A stretch of DNA of 64,000 bases, taken from the NCBI GenBank assembly GCA_002746535.1, contig NVWA01000016.1, positions 1-64,000 on the forward strand. The letters are read 5' to 3'. This DNA comes from Planctomycetota bacterium. GTDB taxonomy: Bacteria > Planctomycetota > GCA-2746535. The notes under the pieces were generated by a model. It was not told the origin of the DNA. It worked only from the letters and a program-made list of their open reading frames with translations, and made no database searches. Positions 49,243-58,662 of this stretch are shown here, piece by piece. Made by a program: the position numbers and the translations under genes. How positions within the stretch are numbered: the first letter of the stretch is position 1; each line of letters opens with the position of its first letter.

Positions 49243-50574
49243 TTAATTTGGCAATAAAAATGAATCTTGCGTTTTCTCTACCCAATTCTTTAAAAGTAGA
49301 TTAAGTTCACCGCGTTTTACTGAAGCATGTGCATGATAAGCCAAATTTACCAACTCATCAGGATCTGTATTTAAATCATATAAAGCAAGAGGCTGTCCTT
49401 CAATAGCAATATATTTCCATTTATCTTTTGTCAAAATACCTCTCCAGGGAATATCATAGCTTGGACCATGCATTGTTGGCACAATCGATTGGAGATATGC
49501 TTCAGAAGGTTCAGAAACATTGGGGTTTTTCTTTTTAGCATAAGAACTGTAATCGTGACCACATAAATATTCAGGCACTTCAATTCCAGCCAACCCTAAA
49601 GCTGTTGGCAACATATCAACGTGATTTGTAACAGAATCCGGCTCAATCACGTGATTATTATATCTTTCATCCAAACCTCCCCAAATCATATGAGGCACAT
49701 GAATTGACTCCTGAAACGGTGTCATTTTTCTAAAATGTCCATGACTACCATGCTGATCGCCATGATCTGAAAAAAAGACTATATATGTTTTCCTATCTAA
49801 ATTCAATTCTTGTAATTTATTCATAACACGACCAACATTAAAATCGACATTTTCTATCAACGCGTAATAACCAGCTAATTCTTTACGAGCTTTGGTTGTA
49901 ATAGACTCAATATCAGGCACATTTTTCTTGAGTTTGATATCTGATGGTGAATGGTTTCTCATAAATTCGGCAGGTGCGTTATATGGGTCATGTGGTGGTT
50001 GAACTGAAATAGACATAAAAAAGTTTTCTTCCTTATGTACGTCAATTTCATCTAACAACATATTAGTTAAACAATCCGTTTCAAAACCGGGCAAACGATA
50101 CATGTCCACATCCTTGTCTTCTTTATGACCATGAACCCAAGTATCAAACTGGGAATTATTATTTTCATATCCAATCCAAGTTTTAAATTTACCTCGCATT
50201 TCTTTTGGCACCACAGATTTCGCTGCTCGCCCATCACGTTCTTTCCAACCGGCCAAATGCCATTTACCTAACCAACTTGTATAATATCCAGCATCATTAA
50301 AATGATCTGCAATCGTAAGGATTTTTGGATCCAATGGATGCTCATGGCCTCTAACAGCCTTATGAGGATACTCACCAGTTAAAAATGATCCCCTAGCAGG
50401 GCAACATAATGGGAAACCACTTACTGCATTTTTAAAATTAACACCATTACATGCAACAATATCCAAATTGGGAGTTCTAACATTTGGGTCACCAGCATTA
50501 CTCATGGCATCTCCACGCATTTGATCAACCATGAACCAAATGACATTAAACTTTTCTTTCATATTATCTGCCAA
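49243..50574 (-). CDS. Cys-type sulfatase (arylsulfatase family)
   Basis: Formylglycine signature CCPARGSFLTG (C-x-P-x-R), GKWHL, and DQMRGD at the N-terminus. Confidence 0.85.
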   Translation of the reverse strand: MADNMKEKFNVIWFMVDQMRGDAMSNAGDPNVRTPNLDIVACNGVNFKNAVSGFPLCCPARGSFLTGEYPHKAVRGHEHPLDPKILTIADHFNDAGYYTSWLGKWHLAGWKERDGRAAKSVVPKEMRGKFKTWIGYENNNSQFDTWVHGHKEDKDVDMYRLPGFETDCLTNMLLDEIDVHKEENFFMSISVQPPHDPYNAPAEFMRNHSPSDIKLKKNVPDIESITTKARKELAGYYALIENVDFNVGRVMNKLQELNLDRKTYIVFFSDHGDQHGSHGHFRKMTPFQESIHVPHMIWGGLDERYNNHVIEPDSVTNHVDMLPTALGLAGIEVPEYLCGHDYSSYAKKKNPNVSEPSEAYLQSIVPTMHGPSYDIPWRGILTKDKWKYIAIEGQPLALYDLNTDPDELVNLAYHAHASVKRGELNLLLKNWVEKTQDSFLLPN

Positions 50575-50598
50575 TATTAAATTTATAAATCAATTATG

Positions 50599-51582
50599 TT
50601 AAACAATATTACTGTTTTTAGTGAGCTCATTTCTTGCAGATCTGCTATCCATTTTTCCATCAAACTCTTTAACAAGGTCCGCGTATAATTCAGGATTTCT
50701 TGTTTTCATGTGCATACGTCCAAGAGTTCCATTCAATGAATCTTTGTTTATTTTTGCTATCGCCATATCAGAATCAATACTTGCTGATTCACTTAAAACA
50801 ATTCCATTAGGATCTATAATCATGGCATTGCCCGTTCGAAGTTCATCATAATCTAAACCAACCCCATTAGAAAAGACATGAAACATACCGTTATCATAGG
50901 CCCTTGAAGGCAACCATTTCAGAATCCATTCTCGACCTTTTGGACCACTAAATTCTTTGGACAATTCCTTTTCACAACTACTTTTATTTTCCCATAATTT
51001 GGTATCTATTCTTCCCATGCCTGCTACTTCGACATCGAACCCACCTGTCTGATGTGGTGCGAATAATAGATCACACCCATTCAATGCATAAGCTCTTGTA
51101 TTCTCAGGTAAATTATTATCAAAACAGATTAAAATACCGCATTTCCAACCAAACAAATCAAAAATCGGAAACTCACTACCTTGTGACATAAATGAATTTT
51201 CGAAAGCATGAATCTTTCGATATTTTTGCAAATAACCATCAGGAGTAACACATACAAATGTATTGAAAAGCTCATTTTCCGCCGTCTTTTCAAGCAACCC
51301 AAATAATATTACAATATTAAATTCTTTAGATAACTTTTGAATTTCTTTAGTCGAATTGCCTTCTGGCACAACTTCGGCAATCTTCAACAGATCATCTTTT
51401 TCCTCAGTATAAAGGATAAAGTTATATCCCGTGATACAAATTTCAGGAAAACTAATAACATCACAACCTTGTTTACTTGCAGACTCAATAAAGGTTTTCA
51501 TCTTTGTTAAATTTATCTCTTTATTTTCTTGGTCAGCATTAAACTGAACTGTTGCAATAGATAGTTCATTTTTAATAGACAT
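50599..51582 (-). CDS. carbon-nitrogen hydrolase (nitrilase superfamily)
   Basis: FPEICITGY (Glu region), catalytic Cys in GILICFDNNLPE, and a Lys region. Confidence 0.7.
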   Translation of the reverse strand: MSIKNELSIATVQFNADQENKEINLTKMKTFIESASKQGCDVISFPEICITGYNFILYTEEKDDLLKIAEVVPEGNSTKEIQKLSKEFNIVILFGLLEKTAENELFNTFVCVTPDGYLQKYRKIHAFENSFMSQGSEFPIFDLFGWKCGILICFDNNLPENTRAYALNGCDLLFAPHQTGGFDVEVAGMGRIDTKLWENKSSCEKELSKEFSGPKGREWILKWLPSRAYDNGMFHVFSNGVGLDYDELRTGNAMIIDPNGIVLSESASIDSDMAIAKINKDSLNGTLGRMHMKTRNPELYADLVKEFDGKMDSRSARNELTKNSNIV

Positions 51583-51639
51583 TATTTCTTACCCCACATA
51601 ATTTATTTGATTAAACTCTTTTACAAAGCTATTCAATAT

Positions 51640-53556
51640 TTATTTTAAAAAGGTCCCTAATTTAATTCTATATTCTTTTAAATCTTCAAAGGCAGATTTA
51701 ACAACAGCATTATCATCGGCACTGCAATGACTATATTCATAATCACGAATAATTTTTTTACCACGAACATCATCTCTCTTTTTGGCATCATGAATTTGAT
51801 TAGCGATATCCTCCACCATTCCAATTAAATTATTAAAACATTCTTTTACAACTTCAACTGTAAACTCATCAATACTAAGCTGTTCCAAAAATATTTTTTT
51901 GGCGTGTAACCATTCCAAAGACCCCTTATTAAAGTCGACTTTTTTGATTCCCTTAATACTTGCGACTTTATCAATATCAATAAGCTTACGATATAATTCG
52001 CGGTAACAGAAATAGTCCGTGATACCAGTATAGGCGGCAATAGCTCGATTTCTATTTTCTTCAACTAAATAATTTTTTCCTAATCCTTTTATATCAGATT
52101 CAGTATAAATCTCTTTTACTTTTTTAATATCCATCAACCTTTTTTTTGCCGATATCATCTTATCAACTATTGATGGTCGAATAATATCATTTTTAATTTC
52201 TATTCTTTTCGCCTTGTTTCTTTCCCTGAATTTTTTTTCATTTCTCTGAATCATAAAGTAATTGCTATATAACACCCACGCTGGGAGAATTTCATTAAAT
52301 GCTGGTGAAATATCATCATATGAATGTGAGGCCGAATTGAGTAATGAAAATGGAAATTCCATTTTTTGAGGTAATGTCGTTAGCCCAGAAGAAACAATTG
52401 AATATGGACCCTGTGTGAAATCTGTAGGAAATTTTATAACCACAGATAAACCCATAAATGTGCCTTCACCCAACCAAATCTCTTGATCAGGTTCCTTGCC
52501 AGTGTGATTAGAACCAACATTAGCACCATAAGAAATATTACCTTTTCCTTCTGGCCAAAAAGCTGATATTAATAATGCTTGGTGATGAAAACCAACAAAA
52601 TTCCCAACCAAGCTAGAAGAGACTTCTCCTTCTGCAATAGAAGTATTGGCTCCAATTAATGAATCGAAAACCATCCCTTGTCGTTTAACAGTTGAATATT
52701 CTGTAAGAATTGAATTTTCAACCACACTTCCTGTTGTAATGTGACAGCCCCATTGGACAACACTATTAGACACAAACGCCCCATTAGTAATTTTTGCCGG
52801 TTCATCTTTTGAACATATCAAAACGGTATTCTCAACATTCAGCACATTATCAATAAAGGCATATTCGCCCAAATAAACATTTTTAATCTTCGGCGAATTT
52901 ATTATTTTTGAACCCTTACATAATATGCTCCAGCGACTCGTTATTAAAGATACATATTCATCAATTAAATCTGAATACTGTTTTAGTAACTCGAGGTTAT
53001 CCCTAGAGCTACAAATAATTCGCGCAACATCTAAATTAATTTCAGGAAATATTCGAATTTCTCGACCTCCAATCTCAATCGCTAGTGCTAACTCTTCACC
53101 TACTCCAAAGGTTTTCTGATTACCATGCACAACTGATAAACAATTGACTATGGCAGAAGAAGATTCCATGGCAATATCTGAAACCGTCTGGACATTTTTC
53201 ACCAAACAATTATCACCAATCTGAACATCATATAAGACAGAATTTAAAATTCCTGATTCATGCAAAAAGCCATCTACCTCAATATTTCCAGATAATTTCC
53301 CGATTAAAACATTTCCAAGAAAAGTATTATTAATAATATGCTTCGTCGAAAAATCCTGGCTAACTTTAACAAGAGACCAGTCTTTACAAAAATTCTTCTG
53401 CAACTCTAATACTTTTATTTCATCTGATCTAAGTTCTCTTGGACCTTGAACAGAGAATAAATTTTGATTCACTCGCTTAACAGTTTTAATGAAATTGGAA
53501 GTTTCCAATACTTCTTGCAATTGCTCAATAACATCAATGTCTTTTCCAAATTTCAT
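51640..53556 (-). CDS. hexapeptide-repeat (left-handed beta-helix) protein, DUF4954-like
   Basis: Long runs of [LIV]-G-x-x-x-x hexads across the central ~300 aa, with non-repeat N- and C-terminal regions. Confidence 0.45.
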   Translation of the reverse strand: MKFGKDIDVIEQLQEVLETSNFIKTVKRVNQNLFSVQGPRELRSDEIKVLELQKNFCKDWSLVKVSQDFSTKHIINNTFLGNVLIGKLSGNIEVDGFLHESGILNSVLYDVQIGDNCLVKNVQTVSDIAMESSSAIVNCLSVVHGNQKTFGVGEELALAIEIGGREIRIFPEINLDVARIICSSRDNLELLKQYSDLIDEYVSLITSRWSILCKGSKIINSPKIKNVYLGEYAFIDNVLNVENTVLICSKDEPAKITNGAFVSNSVVQWGCHITTGSVVENSILTEYSTVKRQGMVFDSLIGANTSIAEGEVSSSLVGNFVGFHHQALLISAFWPEGKGNISYGANVGSNHTGKEPDQEIWLGEGTFMGLSVVIKFPTDFTQGPYSIVSSGLTTLPQKMEFPFSLLNSASHSYDDISPAFNEILPAWVLYSNYFMIQRNEKKFRERNKAKRIEIKNDIIRPSIVDKMISAKKRLMDIKKVKEIYTESDIKGLGKNYLVEENRNRAIAAYTGITDYFCYRELYRKLIDIDKVASIKGIKKVDFNKGSLEWLHAKKIFLEQLSIDEFTVEVVKECFNNLIGMVEDIANQIHDAKKRDDVRGKKIIRDYEYSHCSADDNAVVKSAFEDLKEYRIKLGTFLK

Positions 53557-53709
53557 TTATGTTCCTTATGATTCTGTTTCTTAAAGAATCTATTATACAT
53601 GATTTATATTTGGTTAGAATTTAATTTTAGCATGACTCATCAATTTATTTAACAGTACAAAGAGAAGCAGATCTAACATACAACTTATGAAAATAATTAT
53701 TGAATGCGT

Positions 53710-54459
53710 TTAAGTTCCATATGAGTTTAGGTCCTTATTGTCTTTAGATATTTCTGAATTTGATTCATGTTTTAAATAAAGGAATAATGACCAAGAGATG
53801 ATTGAAAAAAAGGAGTATAACTTAAATGCTTTTCCACCATCAAGTTTTGGCACTAAATAAGAGGATTCTAAAATTTCATACAACCTACCTGAATGAAAAG
53901 GATCTATATCAAAAATATTGCTAATTATCATTAAAGGATTTAATTCTAAACATAACAAATTAATTTTATCCTTAAAATCTCTATTGAAAATCTCCTCATA
54001 ATGAGCAGAGCCATACTCCATCAATGATGGTAAAATAAAAAGTCCGGCAATTAAAGCAAGAGTTATAAATCCAATGAGCACTTGTGATAAATATGGTTTT
54101 AAAATCAAATGACTAATTCGCAGAAGTCCTTTAATAAAATAAATAAAACTAAAAACAATCATCATTGCCCAAAGAATATTTTTAGAATTAAATTGATGAT
54201 CAATAAAAATCATACATCCTATTAATGTGATAAAATAGGGAGTAAGATCTTCTAATAAAATTCTTATGAGCACACTCCAATTATCCGTATTTCTAAAAAT
54301 GAAATTAAAGAATAAGGCATGAACAAGAAATGTGATAAAAATGAAAGCAGGAATTATTTGGTTTTGACCGGTTGTAAAAATTACTAGAAAACCAGAGCAC
54401 ATTAAAGAGATCACAAAGTGTCCCAAAAATATTTTCAGATTGAAGAATCTAGTATACAT
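53710..54459 (-). CDS. polytopic membrane protein, unknown function
   Basis: About 7 TM helices, no motif. Confidence 0.4.
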   Translation of the reverse strand: MYTRFFNLKIFLGHFVISLMCSGFLVIFTTGQNQIIPAFIFITFLVHALFFNFIFRNTDNWSVLIRILLEDLTPYFITLIGCMIFIDHQFNSKNILWAMMIVFSFIYFIKGLLRISHLILKPYLSQVLIGFITLALIAGLFILPSLMEYGSAHYEEIFNRDFKDKINLLCLELNPLMIISNIFDIDPFHSGRLYEILESSYLVPKLDGGKAFKLYSFFSIISWSLFLYLKHESNSEISKDNKDLNSYGT

Positions 54460-54651
54460 TTTTTACTCTCAAATAAGAATTAATGATTCTAAGGTATACT
54501 TTATAATTTCCAATGATTTAAATTTGATAAAAGCCTAATATTCTATACCAGGATTTTGCTTAAATAGAATTTTTACTATAATTCGATTTACATTCAATAC
54601 CAAAAAAATGAGCGAAAATTAAGAAATAAATTTTACCTGGAGAATTATAAA

Positions 54652-55302
54652 ATGAATAAAAAAGCATTGATCACATGGGGTGGTTGGGATGGTCACGAAC
54701 CCGATTCATGTGCCAAAATAGTTAAGGAAATTCTTGAAAAAGAAAACTATTCTGTTGAGGTATATGATACCCTAGAAGTTTATGAAGATTCTGAAAATTT
54801 AAAAAGTTTAGACCTAATTGTTCCTATATGGACGATGAGTGAAATAAGCAATGAACAAGAAAAAGGATTACTAAATGCTATTCTTTCTGGCACTGGTATA
54901 GGAGGGTTTCATGGAGGTATGGGAGATTCCTTTAGAAAAAATACCGAATACCAATGGATGGTAGGTGGACAATGGGTGGTACATCCAGGTGGAATAATCG
55001 ATTATAGCGTACAAATTTCCTCTGATGACGCTATTGTTGAGGGTATAAAAGATTTTAAAATGCAATCTGAACAATATTTTATGCACACGGATCCGGGCAA
55101 TGATGTACTGGCAACAACAACTTTTTCAGGTATCGAGGGAAATGCCCCTTGGATCGCTGAAACAGTAATGCCGGTTGTATGGAAAAGACAATATGGTAAA
55201 GGCAAAGTTTTTTACTCTTCCTTGGGACATGTTGCAAAAGATTTTGAAGTACCAGAAATGAAAGAAATACTAAGACGCGGATTACTCTGGGCAACCCGTT
55301 AA
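54652..55302 (+). CDS. ThuA-like (class I glutamine amidotransferase-like fold) protein
   Basis: ITWGGWDGHEP ... GIGGFHGG ... VVHPGG pattern of the ThuA family. Confidence 0.65.
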   Translation: MNKKALITWGGWDGHEPDSCAKIVKEILEKENYSVEVYDTLEVYEDSENLKSLDLIVPIWTMSEISNEQEKGLLNAILSGTGIGGFHGGMGDSFRKNTEYQWMVGGQWVVHPGGIIDYSVQISSDDAIVEGIKDFKMQSEQYFMHTDPGNDVLATTTFSGIEGNAPWIAETVMPVVWKRQYGKGKVFYSSLGHVAKDFEVPEMKEILRRGLLWATR

Positions 55303-55461
55303 TAAATTAATCATGAAACCTCTTATTTTTAAGAGGTTTTCACCTCCTTAAGCAACCTATTTATTTTCTATTTGAAACTAATATTTCCACTTAATTCCAA
55401 TTATCCTGTAACGTATTCATTTTAACTGCATCTTGTATTTAAACTGACCACCTAAACGGGA

Positions 55462-56223
55462 GTGCGTTTTATGAATAATATAGGGAAAAAGGCATCATAC
55501 GAATCCGGCGTTTCACAAGCAATCAAATCTACAAATTACGCAGAATCATCCATTTCTAGCATAAATAAATTCACCGTTAAAGTTGCTGAAACAACTGATG
55601 AAAAACGAAATGCTTTTCATCTAGCATATCAATCCTACCTGAAAAAAGGATATACGACAGAATCAGAAAATGGGCTATTGGACGAAGAATACGATAAATG
55701 GATGGATACAACCATTTTTATCACCATTGATCAAAAGAATAAGGTCATCGGCACAGCCAGTGTACTTTATAACCACTCCAATAATTTACCCTGTTTTGAA
55801 TTATTTGACATTGCCAACATCACCCAAGATCTTTCTACCGCAGAAATCACAAGGTTTGCAATAGATGATAAGTGTAAACACGGGTTACAAATTCTTCAAG
55901 AAATGTATGTATATTTGTATTTTTTCTCTAAAAGAAATTTTAATATAGAATGTTTTCTAATAGAGGTCAATCCTAGACACGTAATGTTTTATGAAAAAAA
56001 GCTGGGGTTTAAAATTATAAGAAATGGTGTACCATGCCCACGAGTTCATGGAGCAATTGCTGTATTACTACAAACAAATTTTGAACTTTTTGACTCAATA
56101 AACAAAGGAATATCAATCAAAAATAAAAAGTTAAAATACATTTATAATTATTATAGAAATTTTGAATTCACCAATACTACAAAAGTAAGAAGTAATAAAG
56201 AACAATTTGTTTTAAGCAAATAA
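55462..56223 (+). CDS. LuxI-like / N-acyl amino acid synthase-like GNAT acyltransferase (Acetyltransf_5-like)
   Basis: KVIGTASVLYNH...AEITRFAID...EVNPRHVMFYEKKLGFKII follows the autoinducer-synthase / N-acyl amino acid synthase pattern (viGt.Rl ... EiSRfav ... v.p.h..fY..lGF). Confidence 0.5.
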   Translation: MRFMNNIGKKASYESGVSQAIKSTNYAESSISSINKFTVKVAETTDEKRNAFHLAYQSYLKKGYTTESENGLLDEEYDKWMDTTIFITIDQKNKVIGTASVLYNHSNNLPCFELFDIANITQDLSTAEITRFAIDDKCKHGLQILQEMYVYLYFFSKRNFNIECFLIEVNPRHVMFYEKKLGFKIIRNGVPCPRVHGAIAVLLQTNFELFDSINKGISIKNKKLKYIYNYYRNFEFTNTTKVRSNKEQFVLSK

Positions 56224-56228
56224 TCATT

Positions 56229-57656
56229 ATGACTAATTCAAAACTAACGATTAATTTCGCACATCTTCTTAAAAAATATATCGAAGATCAATCTGAACAA
56301 GATATTGCTATTTTTTTTAAAGAGATTCATGGGTTGTTATATCGAGTTGCTTGGTCATTTCTTAAAAATAGTGCCGATGCAGAAGATGTCCTTCAAATGG
56401 CCTTTATCAAAATCATTCAAAACATCCATCAGTGCAAAGGATTAAAGGAAGAAGATAATGAATCCATTCAAGCATGGTGTGTTTCAATTGTTAGGAATTT
56501 ATCGCGTATGAAACTTAGATCCCATAAATCCAGAGAACGTAGAAATTCAAAAGTATCAGAAAAAATAAAACCATTTACCATCGATGAAAATGAAATTCAA
56601 AAGTCAGAAAATCGGGCGGAAGTAAGTCAAAGATTAGAGACCGTATTAATGGAGCTTCCTGAAAAATACAGAGTAGCCATTCATTTAAAATTTATTGAAG
56701 GAATGAATTATAAAGAAATGTCTGCGGCTTTAGCAGTAAATACTGATACACTAAGGGTTCAGGTTAAGCGTGGTTTAGAAAAATTGTCCTTGTCATTGAA
56801 AAAGATAGGAATTGTTGCTTCAATTGTTTCTATTACTACTTTATTACCAAAAATGCCTCTTCATGCTTCGCCAAAGAATATTGATTCACTGATTCAAATA
56901 AGCTTACAATCAAAATCCCATACTGTCTTAGAGACATCAACGACAATGCAATCTATAAAGATTTATTTAATATTACCAATTTTGTTAGCAACAATCGTAA
57001 CTATAAGCTCTATCAATTCTTCAAACATTACAAACTTTTTTTCAACATTAATCTCAAATCAGAGCAATGAAATAATCAATCAGCCTAAAAAGGAACAATT
57101 TATAAGCTGGAAATGGGATTTCAAAAATGGTGAAGGCAAAGAAGTTGAATTAGTAAGAGGGAAATGGGCATTTAATAACAAAAGAGGAACAATGTCACTT
57201 GGTGTTAATAAAGCAATCGTTATTAAATTACCTGTACATTCCATTCAAACAAATTTTGTAATTGAATATGATTTAGCCTTATTCAAGAGAGTAAACGCAG
57301 ATTTAGCATCTTATGGTAGATACTCAGCAAACGAATTTTTTCTTGAATGCGAATATATAGCGCTAAGTAAAAATAACGTTAAAAGATTAGGAACCTTTAA
57401 AGGAAAATCATATTTTTATAAAAACTATATTATCAAAACGTTTGAAGGTAAAATAAATGATATTGTCAAATATCAAAAAAGACCAAAAGACTACGATCTA
57501 TTTGTTGTTTTAAAAACCTTTGATATTAAAAGGATCCAAGTAAAAGCTATTAAATCAATTCCAGCGTTTGTAAAAAATAAGATAAAGGACTTGGATGAAA
57601 GCGAAATGGTTTTTAATCAAACGTATCACGTTGATCGGCTAAAAACTACTTACTAA
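56229..57656 (+). CDS. ECF sigma-70 factor fused to a C-terminal TM and extracytoplasmic-like domain
   Basis: Sigma region 2 (DAEDVLQMAFIKIIQNIHQ) and region 4 (EGMNYKEMSAALAVNTDTLRVQVKRGLEKL), then a TM helix IYLILPILLATIVTISSI and about 200 more residues. Confidence 0.7.
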   Translation: MTNSKLTINFAHLLKKYIEDQSEQDIAIFFKEIHGLLYRVAWSFLKNSADAEDVLQMAFIKIIQNIHQCKGLKEEDNESIQAWCVSIVRNLSRMKLRSHKSRERRNSKVSEKIKPFTIDENEIQKSENRAEVSQRLETVLMELPEKYRVAIHLKFIEGMNYKEMSAALAVNTDTLRVQVKRGLEKLSLSLKKIGIVASIVSITTLLPKMPLHASPKNIDSLIQISLQSKSHTVLETSTTMQSIKIYLILPILLATIVTISSINSSNITNFFSTLISNQSNEIINQPKKEQFISWKWDFKNGEGKEVELVRGKWAFNNKRGTMSLGVNKAIVIKLPVHSIQTNFVIEYDLALFKRVNADLASYGRYSANEFFLECEYIALSKNNVKRLGTFKGKSYFYKNYIIKTFEGKINDIVKYQKRPKDYDLFVVLKTFDIKRIQVKAIKSIPAFVKNKIKDLDESEMVFNQTYHVDRLKTTY

Positions 57657-58495
57657 AGACATTTTAAATCTTTACTGCGTTTATCTTTAACAGTGGTTCC
57701 ACTGTTTAGCTTACCGTTCATTGCATCATACTTAAAATTCCCGCCGGCATCATAGAAATCTTTTTTAAGATCAATTGTATCGATTAATAAACCCGCTTTA
57801 TGTTTTATTAGCTTTTTTCTTATTTTACCATCCGGGTCGATAAAGAGAGAAGGCCAACACTGATGTCTTTTGCTGTTATTATTTCCGATCACATACATAT
57901 GATTGGTAGCTGCACGACACTGTAAATTAGGATGCATAATAATATCATGAATAGATCCATTTATTAAATTTGCATTATAAAAAGAATGCAAAACACAGTC
58001 GACATTAAGCTTTAAATACTCTCGATACAATTCAGGAAATCGCACATCGTAACAAATTAGCAATCCAAATTTAACACCATCTACTTTAAATGTAGTAAAG
58101 TGATCTCCTGGTGCATAACATTTTAAGTCGCCTCCAGTACAAAAACGCTTGTCATAACGGTCCACAATTTTCCCCTTATCATTGATCACGTACAAACAAT
58201 TATGGGGTAATTTTTTTTCTGTTAGAGGATGTGAACTACCAAGCACAACCCATATTTTATATTTTTTAGCCATCTCCATTATTTCTATGGTGGCTTCTTT
58301 TAATAATATCCAATCAACATCTTTTTTATCATGCCAATCAGATCCACCATAACCAGATAAACATGTTTCTGAAAAATGAATTAGCCTAACTTTCTTTTTT
58401 CCTGCCTCTATAACATATTTTAAAATATAAGTTTTATTCTTAGCAATATCTTTAGATATTGGAAACTGACAAGTTGCTATTTTAATTTTTGACAT
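57653..58495 (-). CDS. carbon-nitrogen hydrolase (nitrilase superfamily), second paralogue
   Basis: IHFSETCLSGYG (Glu region), catalytic Cys in GLLICYDVRFPE, and a Lys region. Confidence 0.7.
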   Translation of the reverse strand: MSKIKIATCQFPISKDIAKNKTYILKYVIEAGKKKVRLIHFSETCLSGYGGSDWHDKKDVDWILLKEATIEIMEMAKKYKIWVVLGSSHPLTEKKLPHNCLYVINDKGKIVDRYDKRFCTGGDLKCYAPGDHFTTFKVDGVKFGLLICYDVRFPELYREYLKLNVDCVLHSFYNANLINGSIHDIIMHPNLQCRAATNHMYVIGNNNSKRHQCWPSLFIDPDGKIRKKLIKHKAGLLIDTIDLKKDFYDAGGNFKYDAMNGKLNSGTTVKDKRSKDLKCL

Positions 58496-58662
58496 AATTT
58501 AATATCCTATTTCAAACTAGTTTTGAACTATAAAATCTATTTTTACTGTCATTTGTCAATAAGCCCATAAATATAACTCAGGTCTCTTTTAAGAGAACAT
58601 TGCATTTATAGATTTAGAATTAAAGACACAATTAGCAAAAGATTTCTAAGTAGAAGCTATAG

